From a virus (Duplodnaviria; Heunggongvirae; Uroviricota; Caudoviricetes): DNA of 44,534 nt. The notes below the pieces were generated by a model, which was given only the letters and a program-made list of their open reading frames with translations, made no database searches and had not been told where the DNA came from. The stretch lies in IMG/VR virus record IMGVR_UViG_2734482570_000015, one strand, 5' to 3'. Shown in pieces: positions 24,419 through 32,776 of this stretch; the stretch's first letter is position 1, and each line of letters starts with the position of its first letter. The position numbers and the translations under genes were made by a program.

Positions 24419-24912
24419 TGTTGACCCCACAAACAGACTTCACGCTCAATCTCACGACGGGTCATCAGCCCTTTCCATTGCTTACCGCCAGCATATGTCC
24501 AGCGACGTAGCTGATCACATGCGCCTTTGATATCGCCCTGGTTTATTTTGCGAAGAAGCGTCGATGTTCTGAAATTACCAGCGCCCACGTTGTAAACGAA
24601 CGAGTAAAGAGCGCCGCGCGTTGTTTCCGGTATATCGACTTTGATGTACGGGTTAATTTGTCTGGCGACAGTGGCAAGGTCTTTATTCAAGAGTGTTTTG
24701 CATTCTGCTTTGGTATACGTTTTACCGAGCATGATGTCTTTTCCTGTATGCCCGTGACATACAGTCCATACACCAACAATATCTTTGTATGGTATGTAGC
24801 TGACACCTTCCAGACCATCGTTACCACTTGGGCCAGTGATTAACACTGATGCTATAGCAATTGCTCCGCCACCAATAGCAGCAGCAACGACTTTTCGTAA
24901 TGATGGAGGCAT
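24415..24912 (-). CDS. SAR endolysin (lysozyme, phage 21 R-like)
   Basis: 165 aa with an N-terminal Gly/Ala-rich weakly hydrophobic segment ([20 protein letters not shown]) followed by a lysozyme-like domain; lies between holin and Rz. Confidence 0.8.
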   Translation of the reverse strand: MPPSLRKVVAAAIGGGAIAIASVLITGPSGNDGLEGVSYIPYKDIVGVWTVCHGHTGKDIMLGKTYTKAECKTLLNKDLATVARQINPYIKVDIPETTRGALYSFVYNVGAGNFRTSTLLRKINQGDIKGACDQLRRWTYAGGKQWKGLMTRREIEREVCLWGQQ

Positions 24913-25127
24913 TATTCACCTCTCGCAGCCTTGCGCTTATCTTCTTTAATCTTGAAATAAAGGTTTGTCAGGTACGTCAGCAGGCCAAATACCAGACTAC
25001 CCAGCACACCGATTGCAGCCCACTGTGACGGAGTTACTCTATCGAGCAACTGTAAAAACCAGTAGCCAGCACTGCCTGCGGAGGTGCCGTAGGCAATGCC
25101 TGTTGAAATTTTGTCCATGGATTTCAT
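24912..25127 (-). CDS. Pinholin (phage 21 S-like), with dual-start motif MKSMDK
   Basis: 71 aa from the ATG preceded by CGGAGGTGAGG; two Met codons three codons apart (Met-Lys-Ser-Met); two hydrophobic segments; C-terminal basic tail [13 protein letters not shown]. Confidence 0.8.
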   Translation of the reverse strand: MKSMDKISTGIAYGTSAGSAGYWFLQLLDRVTPSQWAAIGVLGSLVFGLLTYLTNLYFKIKEDKRKAARGE

Positions 25128-25235
25128 AGCCTCACCTCCGCACGGAACGGATGGCATAGTTATTATGTGTAGGCTTTCAGACACATCAATCAGAGCCTTA
25201 ATTGATATATATGCTGGAGACGATGCAATATAAAA

Positions 25236-25253
25236 AGCTCGCCGTAGCGAGCT
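25236..25253 (-). terminator. Rho-independent terminator downstream of the lipoprotein genes
   Basis: Minus strand reads AGCTCGC-tacg-GCGAGCT followed by TTTTATATT. Confidence 0.6.
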
Positions 25254-25378
25254 AATAAAATGTATTTCTCTGATATTATGTTTATTTGTATTAGCTCAGA
25301 CTTGACATCACAGGTTTCGTATATAGAACATCATCAAATCTGTCAGTTTGCTATGAATGAGATATAGTAATTGAAGAG

Positions 25379-25774
25379 CTAACCTCGCATGTCAAAGCCA
25401 GATTTCTGAAAATCTCTGTAGACTTCCGGATTGTTGAAGGCCGGAAATTTGGCTTTATGAGCTGCGGACTTTATCGCTTCGCAATAGGCTTTATCACCGT
25501 TACTGGTAGATATTTTTAACGCCGTGCCATCCTGAGAGAATTCCATATGCAACCTGCATTTTTTCCCTTTCCAGTTATGCGGCTCATCAAGTTTGGCATT
25601 AATTGCAGCTCTGATTCCCCGCGCTTGCGCCCCCCATTCATCCTGATCATCCCAGCGTCCTGAACTGCAACTACCTGTAGCAGTAGTTTTGTGGCAATCT
25701 GAAGGGTGTAAAGGTGTGCATCCCGCAACAAAACCGACCCAAAAAGTCAACATAACGATTTTCTTTAATCCCAC
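25379..25774 (-). CDS. Lipoprotein with TolA domain-III-like C-terminal domain (paralog 1)
   Basis: 131 aa; signal peptide plus lipobox (MLTFWVGFVAGC). C-terminus GKKCRLHMEFSQDGTALKISTSNGDKAYCEAIKSAAHKAKFPAFNNPEVYRDFQKSGFDMRG resembles the TolA C-terminal domain as recalled. Confidence 0.6.
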   Translation of the reverse strand: MGLKKIVMLTFWVGFVAGCTPLHPSDCHKTTATGSCSSGRWDDQDEWGAQARGIRAAINAKLDEPHNWKGKKCRLHMEFSQDGTALKISTSNGDKAYCEAIKSAAHKAKFPAFNNPEVYRDFQKSGFDMRG

Positions 25775-25924
25775 TTCTTGCTCCTCAATCCATTAAAATC
25801 TCAGCAATAGTAGTTGTTACGTCCGCCACTGGCTCAGAGCTGACTATCCGCTAAATTTAGCTCAGTGCCGTAGCTGTGTCAGAACAAACCTAAGCCGAAA
25901 CCGTTTATTACAAAACAATAAATA

Positions 25925-26353
25925 TCAGGGTTTAAAATCCAGCACCCCATTTTGAAATACTTTATATACTTCCGGCGAAGGGGGGGCAGGTATATCAGCA
26001 TTCTTTATCGCATTCATCGCTTCACGACATAAATCGAGGTCTCCACTTTCTCTTTTAACCTCCAGTAGAAGGCCATTCGGGGCCATATGCATTCTCAGTG
26101 TACACTCTTTTCCTGAATACTTACTCGCATCCCCGAACTGTTTTTCGATGGCGCTCTTGATTTGATGGGCATACAGACGGATATCCTCACTAACATCAGA
26201 AGTACGTTCAGATGAACTCACATACTGTGTCTCTATTGCTTTATCGGAGTAATATGATGTACGGTCATGATAATTTGTCGATACAGCATCAGTGCACCCG
26301 ATAATAATCCCACTAATAATCAACGTAAGAATTGATGCGCTACGAAAACCCAT
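25925..26353 (-). CDS. Lipoprotein with TolA domain-III-like C-terminal domain (paralog 2)
   Basis: 142 aa; lipobox IIIGC. C-terminus YAHQIKSAIEKQFGDASKYSGKECTLRMHMAPNGLLLEVKRESGDLDLCREAMNAIKNADIPAPPSPEVYKVFQNGVLDFKP is close to the E. coli TolA C-terminus as recalled (...AGQIKSAIESKF...GKTCTLRIKLAPDGMLLDIKPEGGD...PPSQAVYEVFKNAPLDFKP). Confidence 0.7.
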   Translation of the reverse strand: MGFRSASILTLIISGIIIGCTDAVSTNYHDRTSYYSDKAIETQYVSSSERTSDVSEDIRLYAHQIKSAIEKQFGDASKYSGKECTLRMHMAPNGLLLEVKRESGDLDLCREAMNAIKNADIPAPPSPEVYKVFQNGVLDFKP

Positions 26354-26382
26354 TTTTCCTCACATATGTCATATAGTAAAGG

Positions 26383-26412
26383 ATTATATATACCGTTGTT
26401 TTGGACGCTCAA
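26383..26412 (-). promoter_or_regulatory. Sigma70-like promoter for the TolA-like lipoprotein gene
   Basis: Minus strand: -35 TTGAGC, 18-nt spacer, -10 TATAAT, about 30 nt upstream of a GAGGA Shine-Dalgarno sequence and the ATG at 26353. Confidence 0.5.
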
Positions 26413-26941
26413 ACAGCGAATCAGATCAAATAAAACGCACATTTGTTAACATTTACACAAAGTCTGCGTGGGATATTCTGAAAGAATATCCATAATGTGG
26501 AGAGAATCTATTGAAGTGCATGGTGCCGGGTGCCTCCCGGTGAACAAAATGTTCGTGATACCTGTCGGCGACAGAAAAGGTTAATGGTATCACCCCACCG
26601 CACAGGGGGATTCACCATGCAGGAGTTTTCTTAGCAAACTCACTGCGCGCCCGGCAACTCCCAACCACATAAAATGCGGAGTTTGTGGCATTTATGCATA
26701 TAACTCGCAGGAATTATCTTAAAAAACTGATGTCGATCCGGATTAAAAAGAAGCAGGTCATCATCAGATGACTGGAAAAAAGGAAAACAAAAAATACTCA
26801 TCATACAGTTTTGATTGCAGGGATGAGCCTGCTATGCACAATATGCAGAATATAAGCAAGATAAAAATATGCAGGCATATTATTTCGGATCTTGTTATTA
26901 ACACAACCTTTTTAATAATCATTTGGCATACAATAAACCAG

Positions 26942-26970
26942 CCCAAAAAGAACCGCCTAAACAGGCGGTT
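26942..26970 (-). terminator. Rho-independent terminator in the long leader between tR' and the lipoprotein genes
   Basis: Minus strand reads AACCGCC-tgttta-GGCGGTT followed by CTTTTTGGG. Confidence 0.5.
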
Positions 26971-27290
26971 GGTCAATACAAAGGATGCTTCGTCTTTATT
27001 ATAGTAATCTGAGGCGTCGGGTGTCTTGTATCAGACAACATATTGTCCCGCTAAACAGCGAATTACAAACCACCCTGCAATGATCTCTCATCTCATTTTA
27101 TATGAGTTGACGACATCAGGATAACGCATCATCAGCCCCTGCCAAGAAATATCAAAACTCCCGCCAGCAATGTGTTATCACAATATTGTAAAAAAAACAC
27201 AGCACCGAAACTATAACTGGTCTCTGTTATAATTTGGAGCAGAAAGACCAGTTGCCCAACTAGCAGCATTCTCCCCTGCTTTCCTGACGT

Positions 27291-27318
27291 AAAAAAACCG
27301 CATTAAGCGGTTTTTTTA
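27291..27318. terminator. Bidirectional hairpin terminator about 80 nt downstream of Q; candidate tR'
   Basis: AAAAAAACCGC-attaa-GCGGTTTTTTT: symmetric A/T arms, so it reads as a terminator on both strands. Confidence 0.6.
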
Positions 27319-27397
27319 CGATGTCCATGTCTGCAATCCGCCTCGCGATACAGCTTTGCGAAGCATAGCAAAATTGAAGCAGTTTATACGTAAGAAA

Positions 27398-27940
27398 TCA
27401 AGCCATTTTCTCAGCAAATGATTCACGCATGGGAATATATAGGGCATACTCAGCAACAGCTAACCAATTAGCAATCCGTTTTTCGCATGTGCTAAAACAC
27501 CACTCTGGGTGTGCATCATTTAGCAATTCAGCCATTTTGCGCTTAGTCATCCCCCGCCCTTCATAGCGTTGCCGGAGAATGCAAATCAATCCTGGATGCT
27601 CTGCCAGCACCTCACTTATGACTCGATCAATACATAACGCCTCTGCATCAGTACAATGCGCCAGCCAGCTCTTTTGCTTGCCGTTGATCATCTCTCGCAA
27701 AAACGCTTCCAGCTCAGCTTTCTCTATTCCCGCTTTTTTCATTCTGCGCAGGGCTTCATTAATGGCTGTTTTCGTCAGTTTTTTGGATGCCAACAACTGA
27801 TTGAACATATTCCCTGACCTGCCACCGCCAATATACGACCAGCGCCCCCACATACGTAGTTTTCCCTGAATCCAGACACTTTCCAGCGTGGTGAGGCGAA
27901 GGTGTTCTCCGCTTTTTCCTGTATTCGTTGGGTAAATCAT
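27398..27940 (-). CDS. Late-gene antiterminator Q (putative)
   Basis: 180-aa ORF directly upstream of the tR'-like terminator and late genes, downstream of the Nin-region genes; RLTTLESVWIQGKLRMWGRWS segment is reminiscent of the Q antiterminator family (from memory). Confidence 0.6.
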   Translation of the reverse strand: MIYPTNTGKSGEHLRLTTLESVWIQGKLRMWGRWSYIGGGRSGNMFNQLLASKKLTKTAINEALRRMKKAGIEKAELEAFLREMINGKQKSWLAHCTDAEALCIDRVISEVLAEHPGLICILRQRYEGRGMTKRKMAELLNDAHPEWCFSTCEKRIANWLAVAEYALYIPMRESFAEKMA

Positions 27941-28227
27941 AAATGACCTTTCTTTCTCCAGATTTCTTGTGTGCGAAAAACCCCTTCAGCATGCATCAGG
28001 CGCAATTCTTCTTTGGTGTAATCGCTGGTTTTTACCCGCCCGTCGATTAGATCGTGGCATGAGCTACAGGCTATCGCCGCCTGCATATCATGTGGTTTTG
28101 TCGCTGTTCCGCACGTCCCCGCCAGCCTGTAATGCGCCAGCACAGAGGTTTCGGGATTGTGATTGCAGTAGCCAGGGATTCTGATCTGGCACATCTGGCC
28201 TTTAGCCGCTTTACGTAAATTCACCAT
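27937..28227 (-). CDS. Nin-region Cys-rich protein (DUF1364 / YbcO-like putative nuclease)
   Basis: 96 aa with a Cys/His cluster (CQIRIPGYCNH...CGTATKPHD...CSSCHDLIDGR); sits upstream of Q as in other lambdoid prophages. Confidence 0.55.
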   Translation of the reverse strand: MVNLRKAAKGQMCQIRIPGYCNHNPETSVLAHYRLAGTCGTATKPHDMQAAIACSSCHDLIDGRVKTSDYTKEELRLMHAEGVFRTQEIWRKKGHL

Positions 28228-28826
28228 TACGCAAACTCCAGTAGTTGTGCGGCCACATTTTCAACTTCCTCCTGAGAGGAGAATTTACGGAACAGAATCC
28301 AGTTCCACAGCACATTCAGTACAGATTTATAAACCTGCTGAAACTCGACTTCGTCCATATTCGCAAAAGCGATGGATTTTGCCCGACGCCCACGGCTACC
28401 GTCCGGATAAATATGCTCGGTGTAAAATCCGGCCTGAATGGTTACCCACTCGCGGAAAGCCTCAAACGACTTTAGCAACGCCGTATCCCGGGTTCTACGA
28501 GTCGCAACGGTGTTAAGGTATTGCTCTGCGGCATCACTCAGGGCTGGCGTGTGTTCCCGACCAACTGATTCGCACAGGTAATCAACGAAACCAGACAGCA
28601 GTTCTCGTTCGCGAGGCGTGATCGCCCCACCGACCGGAGTCCAGTAATCGAATCCCAGTTGCAGGAGTTTGAAAAAACGCTTGTGGAATGCGTAGTTACG
28701 CACACGCTTAAAGTCTGCGTGTATCCACTCACCTATTTTGATTTGATGCAGAAAATCGCAACTCTCCGGCGTCGCCGGGAGAAGTAAACCAGAAGAGGTT
28801 TGTTTGACCAGTTGTATATGCGCCAT
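28227..28826 (-). CDS. Nin-region protein (DUF1367-like, hypothetical)
   Basis: 199-aa ORF coupled to the downstream gene by a 1-nt overlap; family assignment tentative. Confidence 0.45.
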   Translation of the reverse strand: MAHIQLVKQTSSGLLLPATPESCDFLHQIKIGEWIHADFKRVRNYAFHKRFFKLLQLGFDYWTPVGGAITPRERELLSGFVDYLCESVGREHTPALSDAAEQYLNTVATRRTRDTALLKSFEAFREWVTIQAGFYTEHIYPDGSRGRRAKSIAFANMDEVEFQQVYKSVLNVLWNWILFRKFSSQEEVENVAAQLLEFA

Positions 28827-29106
28827 TTCTCAATCTCTCGATGGCGCAGCGCAGCAGATGCCAGTTGTTCAGGCTGACGAATAAAGTATAAATAAACTGG
28901 CTATGGTGTAAAGCCCCACATAGCATGAACAAACACTACATATCAAATAGCTGGTACAAGGATAGAAATACGACACTTATTATTAAAAACGATTAGATAA
29001 ATTACATTTTAATGTTATGCAAAAGTTCTTTTTTATCATAACATTTCAATAAAAGCATTACAGATGCAATCATCCCGTCATCATCAATTATTTAAGGTGG
29101 TTAAAC

Positions 29107-29193
29107 ATGGAAAATAACAAGTTCGCACATCTCGCTCCTTTTTTATCCGTAATCCTTTTCGCTTGTTGTTTTATATGGGCATTATTTTTATAA
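29107..29193 (+). CDS. Candidate 28-aa hydrophobic small protein (MENNKFAHLAPFLSVILFACCFIWALFL)
   Basis: ATG preceded by AAGGTGG at a 6-nt spacing; single predicted transmembrane segment; located in an AT-rich noncoding stretch of about 800 bp. Confidence 0.35.
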   Translation: MENNKFAHLAPFLSVILFACCFIWALFL

Positions 29194-29639
29194 AGTAGCC
29201 ACATGATAAGTTGCTGGAATCATATTTCCCACTCAAGTCATTAACATTTGATAAGATATATCTAAAAGGACGCCTTTACATTATTTATGCGTATATAATT
29301 TATTTATATACACAGTAAAGGTATCCTGGGAAAATATTTATCGTTAAAAAATACATCATAAATAATTAAGCTGAAATTTCAGAACACAACTAATACACAC
29401 AATAAGGTTCAGTAACAGTAATCTATGTGGACTACATCGAGATTTTTTGATTAAACTTTAATAACTTATTCCTAACACACAGAATGCATAAACTAAAAGT
29501 AAAACAAATAGTTATACGAAAAACAACCATATTTATTCTATCTTCTCCTCTAATCAACATATCAATTATGTGTTTCATAACAGCTTGACATAACCCTCCA
29601 AAAGATGCATTTTTAATGCATGTTTTGGAGGAGGTGGTT

Positions 29640-29978
29640 ATGACACACAAGAGAATTCCTAAAGATTGGGTAATCAAACGCTCAACTCCGTTCTTCACAA
29701 AAGAGAACGTACCTTCAGCGTTATTAACACATCATAATACAGCAGCAGGTGTTTTTGGGCAGTTGTGCGTAATGGAAGGCACTGTAACATATTATGGTTT
29801 TACTGATGAGAATGCTACTGAACCGGAGATAAAAGTAGTCATTAATGCTGGCGCTTTTGCAACAAGCCCACCACAATACTGGCACCGTGTTGAACTAAGC
29901 GATGATGCTCAGTTTAATATTAACTTTTGGGTCGCTCCAGACTTTTCGGGCGAAAAAGTCTATAGCACCAAAAAATAG
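29640..29978 (+). CDS. YeaR / DUF1971 family protein (tellurite-resistance-related domain); plus-strand moron
   Basis: 112 aa from the ATG preceded by GGAGGAGGTGG; RSTPFF and FNINFWVAP motifs resemble E. coli YeaR as recalled; opposite strand to the flanking phage genes; followed by a terminator. Confidence 0.6.
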   Translation: MTHKRIPKDWVIKRSTPFFTKENVPSALLTHHNTAAGVFGQLCVMEGTVTYYGFTDENATEPEIKVVINAGAFATSPPQYWHRVELSDDAQFNINFWVAPDFSGEKVYSTKK

Positions 29979-30006
29979 ATGATCATATTAAAAATGCTTT
30001 AACAGT

Positions 30007-30043
30007 CAGACCCGGCAGGGCTATCCCCGACGGGTCTCATTTT
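30007..30043 (+). terminator. Rho-independent terminator after the YeaR-like gene
   Basis: AGACCCG ... CGGGTCT stem followed by CATTTTTG. Confidence 0.5.
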
Positions 30044-30598
30044 TGTAAATATATTGGTTCTACATTGACAGGAGACTTCAACCATAAGAAGTAATCTGAA
30101 TACTTGAGCAATAAATTTACTTAAGATTAATGAGCGCACCTTGCCGGACAAAGATAAACCAAGGTAACACCTTTTTTCTAGCCAGTATGTAATCAATCAG
30201 AAAGCCGCTCCATAAGAACAACAGCAAGACAATAAATTGCCATTACAGCCGCAATAGCCAGCGCACATTTGAGAACCAGCACGACAACCCCCTGTATTAG
30301 ACGCACACCAGTCCTGATAAATATGAGGCTGTCTCGTCAGTGATTCAATACAACTATTGGGTATAGTTTCTGTGATTTTATTCTGTAGAAATGGAACACA
30401 ACAACCAGTCACCACCAGCACTTCCTTAAATGCTCTAAGTCAGAAACAAGCCAACATTTTAGTCCGCTTTGAGCGATCTGCAGACATTGCTAGCAGCCTT
30501 CTGTGTGAATTCTCAGGGAGCAGGTCGGCATAGCATCACGTTGAGGCTCTTACCCTACTTGTTCACACCAACCCTAACTCCACAGACTGATTCATAAA

Positions 30599-31600
30599 TT
30601 AGTAATCTGCGTGTTTCGCACTTTTCAGAAATGCTTTCATATTTTCATTAGGTCGCTCAATTTCGAAGTTACTTCCATATAACTCTTGTAATTTTGGCCA
30701 TAACTTACTTAATAACCCTCTCCTGCGATAAAATGGATGTATCCAAACGGTAGATAGGTACGGAGAATTTGCATTTGAATTGTTTATTGTGACCAGCCCA
30801 ACTAAACATTGTCGATAACCACTATTATCCATTGATTGTATTTCTTCGACGAATGGATACGCGATTACATCAGTCCAACCATGATCGGTTGTATCCCATT
30901 GCATTCCGTCATGACATTCCTTCGACTGATAGCGGCGTAAAGCTACACACGCGAGCTTTTGCCAATCTGGAGAATTAATTGTGATCTCTTCATCGTATGA
31001 CGCGCCTATTGGAGCGGGTATTGGTCTGATTAATCCAGCATGGCATTCATCATAGAACTTCATGTTTCCCTCAGAAACGTTGTGTACGTTGGGTTGCTCC
31101 ATGTGTGCGCCATTCAAAAATAGCTCTGATAGTAGTGTATCTACACTGTAATCTTTATTGATTATTGTCGGCTTAGAGTTTTTCTTATTAAGGCCGCGAG
31201 TAACGATTTTTTGATCAATGTTAACAACATGGAATAATCCGTCGGGGAGGCTAGCGAACCACGATGGGGCATCGGACCAGAATAGCATGCCTTTTGTACT
31301 TCTTAAGAGTTTAATTAAGTTAATACAAGCTTCTTCACTAGTCTTGCCGTTGATGCGAAGTATGTTAGGACTAAAGTAATATTCATCCATATCAGGGAAT
31401 GCAGCTTCGCAAAACTCCTGTACATAATTTAGCACCTGGATTCTACAGAGATCATCATAGCTGGTAATAACTAAGGGGGTATCTTCATTACTATTATGAT
31501 TATCAATAATGCAATCTATAGCGAGACTTACTGCTTTGCGTATCACTTCAGTTGAATCTAACGACTCTAAAAATTTTGTCTTTCGTGTGCGAATATCCAT
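30599..31600 (-). CDS. Hypothetical protein (333 aa) with GNAT-like C-terminal region; downstream gene of the low-GC cassette
   Basis: C-terminal segment ...YRQCLVGLVTINNSNANSPYLSTVWIHPFYRRRGLLSKLWPKLQEL resembles the GNAT acetyl-CoA-binding region (h-x-P-x-Y-R-x-x-G); N-terminal 200 aa unassigned; AT-rich coding sequence. Confidence 0.6.
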   Translation of the reverse strand: MDIRTRKTKFLESLDSTEVIRKAVSLAIDCIIDNHNSNEDTPLVITSYDDLCRIQVLNYVQEFCEAAFPDMDEYYFSPNILRINGKTSEEACINLIKLLRSTKGMLFWSDAPSWFASLPDGLFHVVNIDQKIVTRGLNKKNSKPTIINKDYSVDTLLSELFLNGAHMEQPNVHNVSEGNMKFYDECHAGLIRPIPAPIGASYDEEITINSPDWQKLACVALRRYQSKECHDGMQWDTTDHGWTDVIAYPFVEEIQSMDNSGYRQCLVGLVTINNSNANSPYLSTVWIHPFYRRRGLLSKLWPKLQELYGSNFEIERPNENMKAFLKSAKHADY

Positions 31601-31615
31601 GTATGACCTGCGCTA

Positions 31616-32638
31616 TTAAAATTCATGAATGAACGGTTTGTCATCTGGTTGCAAAATGGTGGTTTTATTCGTTGCTACATTTAAACTGTTGTAGAGCATA
31701 ATTGCCAGGTTCGATGCATTTTCAATCAGCGTTTCAAGATCCTGGTCTGTAATCACTACGAGGTTCCCTTCTTTATCCTTTCCACCACGATGCACTAAGT
31801 GATTTCGATTGAGGGTTGCCAATTCAATAGCTTCTATCGGACAGTCTTTTTGTACTTTTATATCGAATGTAGCTTCATAGCGGTCGATTACCTTTTTAGT
31901 GCTATGCCAGCTTGCACTGATCAAGTGTTCCTTGATTGACCTGATTAGCTCTCCCCTAATTTTCTCGATGGGTTCACCCTTGAAAGGCAACGCAGCAATA
32001 TCTTTGCTTACTTTAAATTCAGTCTTACCTTTTTCTATACAATTGGCTATGTAGACATCATCTTTCTCTATAGAATTAATGAATAGCTCAACATAAAGCG
32101 TTTCCAAAGCTGTAATAACATTCGTGTAGAGCAAACTAAGCAAGTGGTTTTTTTGCTGTTGTTCAGTTTTATCTTTTGCAAGTTTTTTTATTTTATCGAT
32201 ATTATCAATGAATTTTAAATACGGATTACCGGAAGACGTTACAGCGTCGTAGATATCATCATCGTACCAATCATCTATATTATTTGAGTTTCCAGACCAG
32301 TCAAAACATTGTGTTTGTAATTCATCTACTAATTCCTCAATATACTCAGATTTAACATATTGACCGAAGATGGATTGTAGTTCTTCGCTCGCATCATACG
32401 GCCCGCCATATATGTAAGCATAGCCACCTTCTCTACTTTCATACGGACAAGCATTTGCCGGATCTTCAAAGTTTTCAAAGAACCAGTTTTTCATTACTTC
32501 GAGTTGATCTTTTTTGCTTATGTATTTTAAAGATTTTAGTGGAACTTTCTTTCCATTAACCTCGAAAACAATTTTCACGATGTAACGCTCCCTTGTATCA
32601 ATTGCGCAACTATTATACCACAGCGAAATACAGGGCAT
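31616..32638 (-). CDS. Hypothetical protein (340 aa) with C-terminal R-x4-H HEPN-like motif; upstream gene of the low-GC cassette
   Basis: Start ATG has an AAGGAGG Shine-Dalgarno sequence 6 nt upstream. C-terminal region contains ATLNRNHLVHRGG (R-N-x-x-x-H). Gene is AT-rich; 15-bp spacer to the downstream gene. Confidence 0.6.
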   Translation of the reverse strand: MPCISLWYNSCAIDTRERYIVKIVFEVNGKKVPLKSLKYISKKDQLEVMKNWFFENFEDPANACPYESREGGYAYIYGGPYDASEELQSIFGQYVKSEYIEELVDELQTQCFDWSGNSNNIDDWYDDDIYDAVTSSGNPYLKFIDNIDKIKKLAKDKTEQQQKNHLLSLLYTNVITALETLYVELFINSIEKDDVYIANCIEKGKTEFKVSKDIAALPFKGEPIEKIRGELIRSIKEHLISASWHSTKKVIDRYEATFDIKVQKDCPIEAIELATLNRNHLVHRGGKDKEGNLVVITDQDLETLIENASNLAIMLYNSLNVATNKTTILQPDDKPFIHEF

Positions 32639-32776
32639 AACCTGCCTCCTTAAACTAACATACCATGAGCCAGCAATGTCCGCTATTGGCACAAAGCGGA
32701 CAACCACGCTAGCTCTCCCCTGTGCCAGAAAAATGTCAATTTACATATGAACTAATGCTCTTTGATCTAGTAACGT

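Noticed and set aside
26764-27290. Hydrophobic ORFs in the late-operon leader (26764-26976 minus, 26768-27004 plus, and a 49-aa minus ORF near 27150-27270)
   Set aside because: AT-rich sequence gives hydrophobic translations by chance; no convincing ribosome-binding sites; treated as non-coding leader.
29585-29617. TTGACA hexamer upstream of the YeaR-like gene as a promoter -35
   Set aside because: No acceptable -10 hexamer at 16-18 bp spacing; a promoter probably exists nearby but could not be placed.
26354-29640. tRNA genes in the Q-to-lysis and AT-rich intergenic regions (common in lambdoid prophages)
   Set aside because: No GTTCGAATC-type T-arm or cloverleaf-compatible segment found on either strand by eye.
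30197-30421. 74-aa Cys-rich minus-strand ORF (MLVVTGCC...CCCSYGAAF)
   Set aside because: Starts at GTG with no Shine-Dalgarno sequence, in a region with no other coding signal. Possible but unsupported; a Cys-rich peptide is not excluded.
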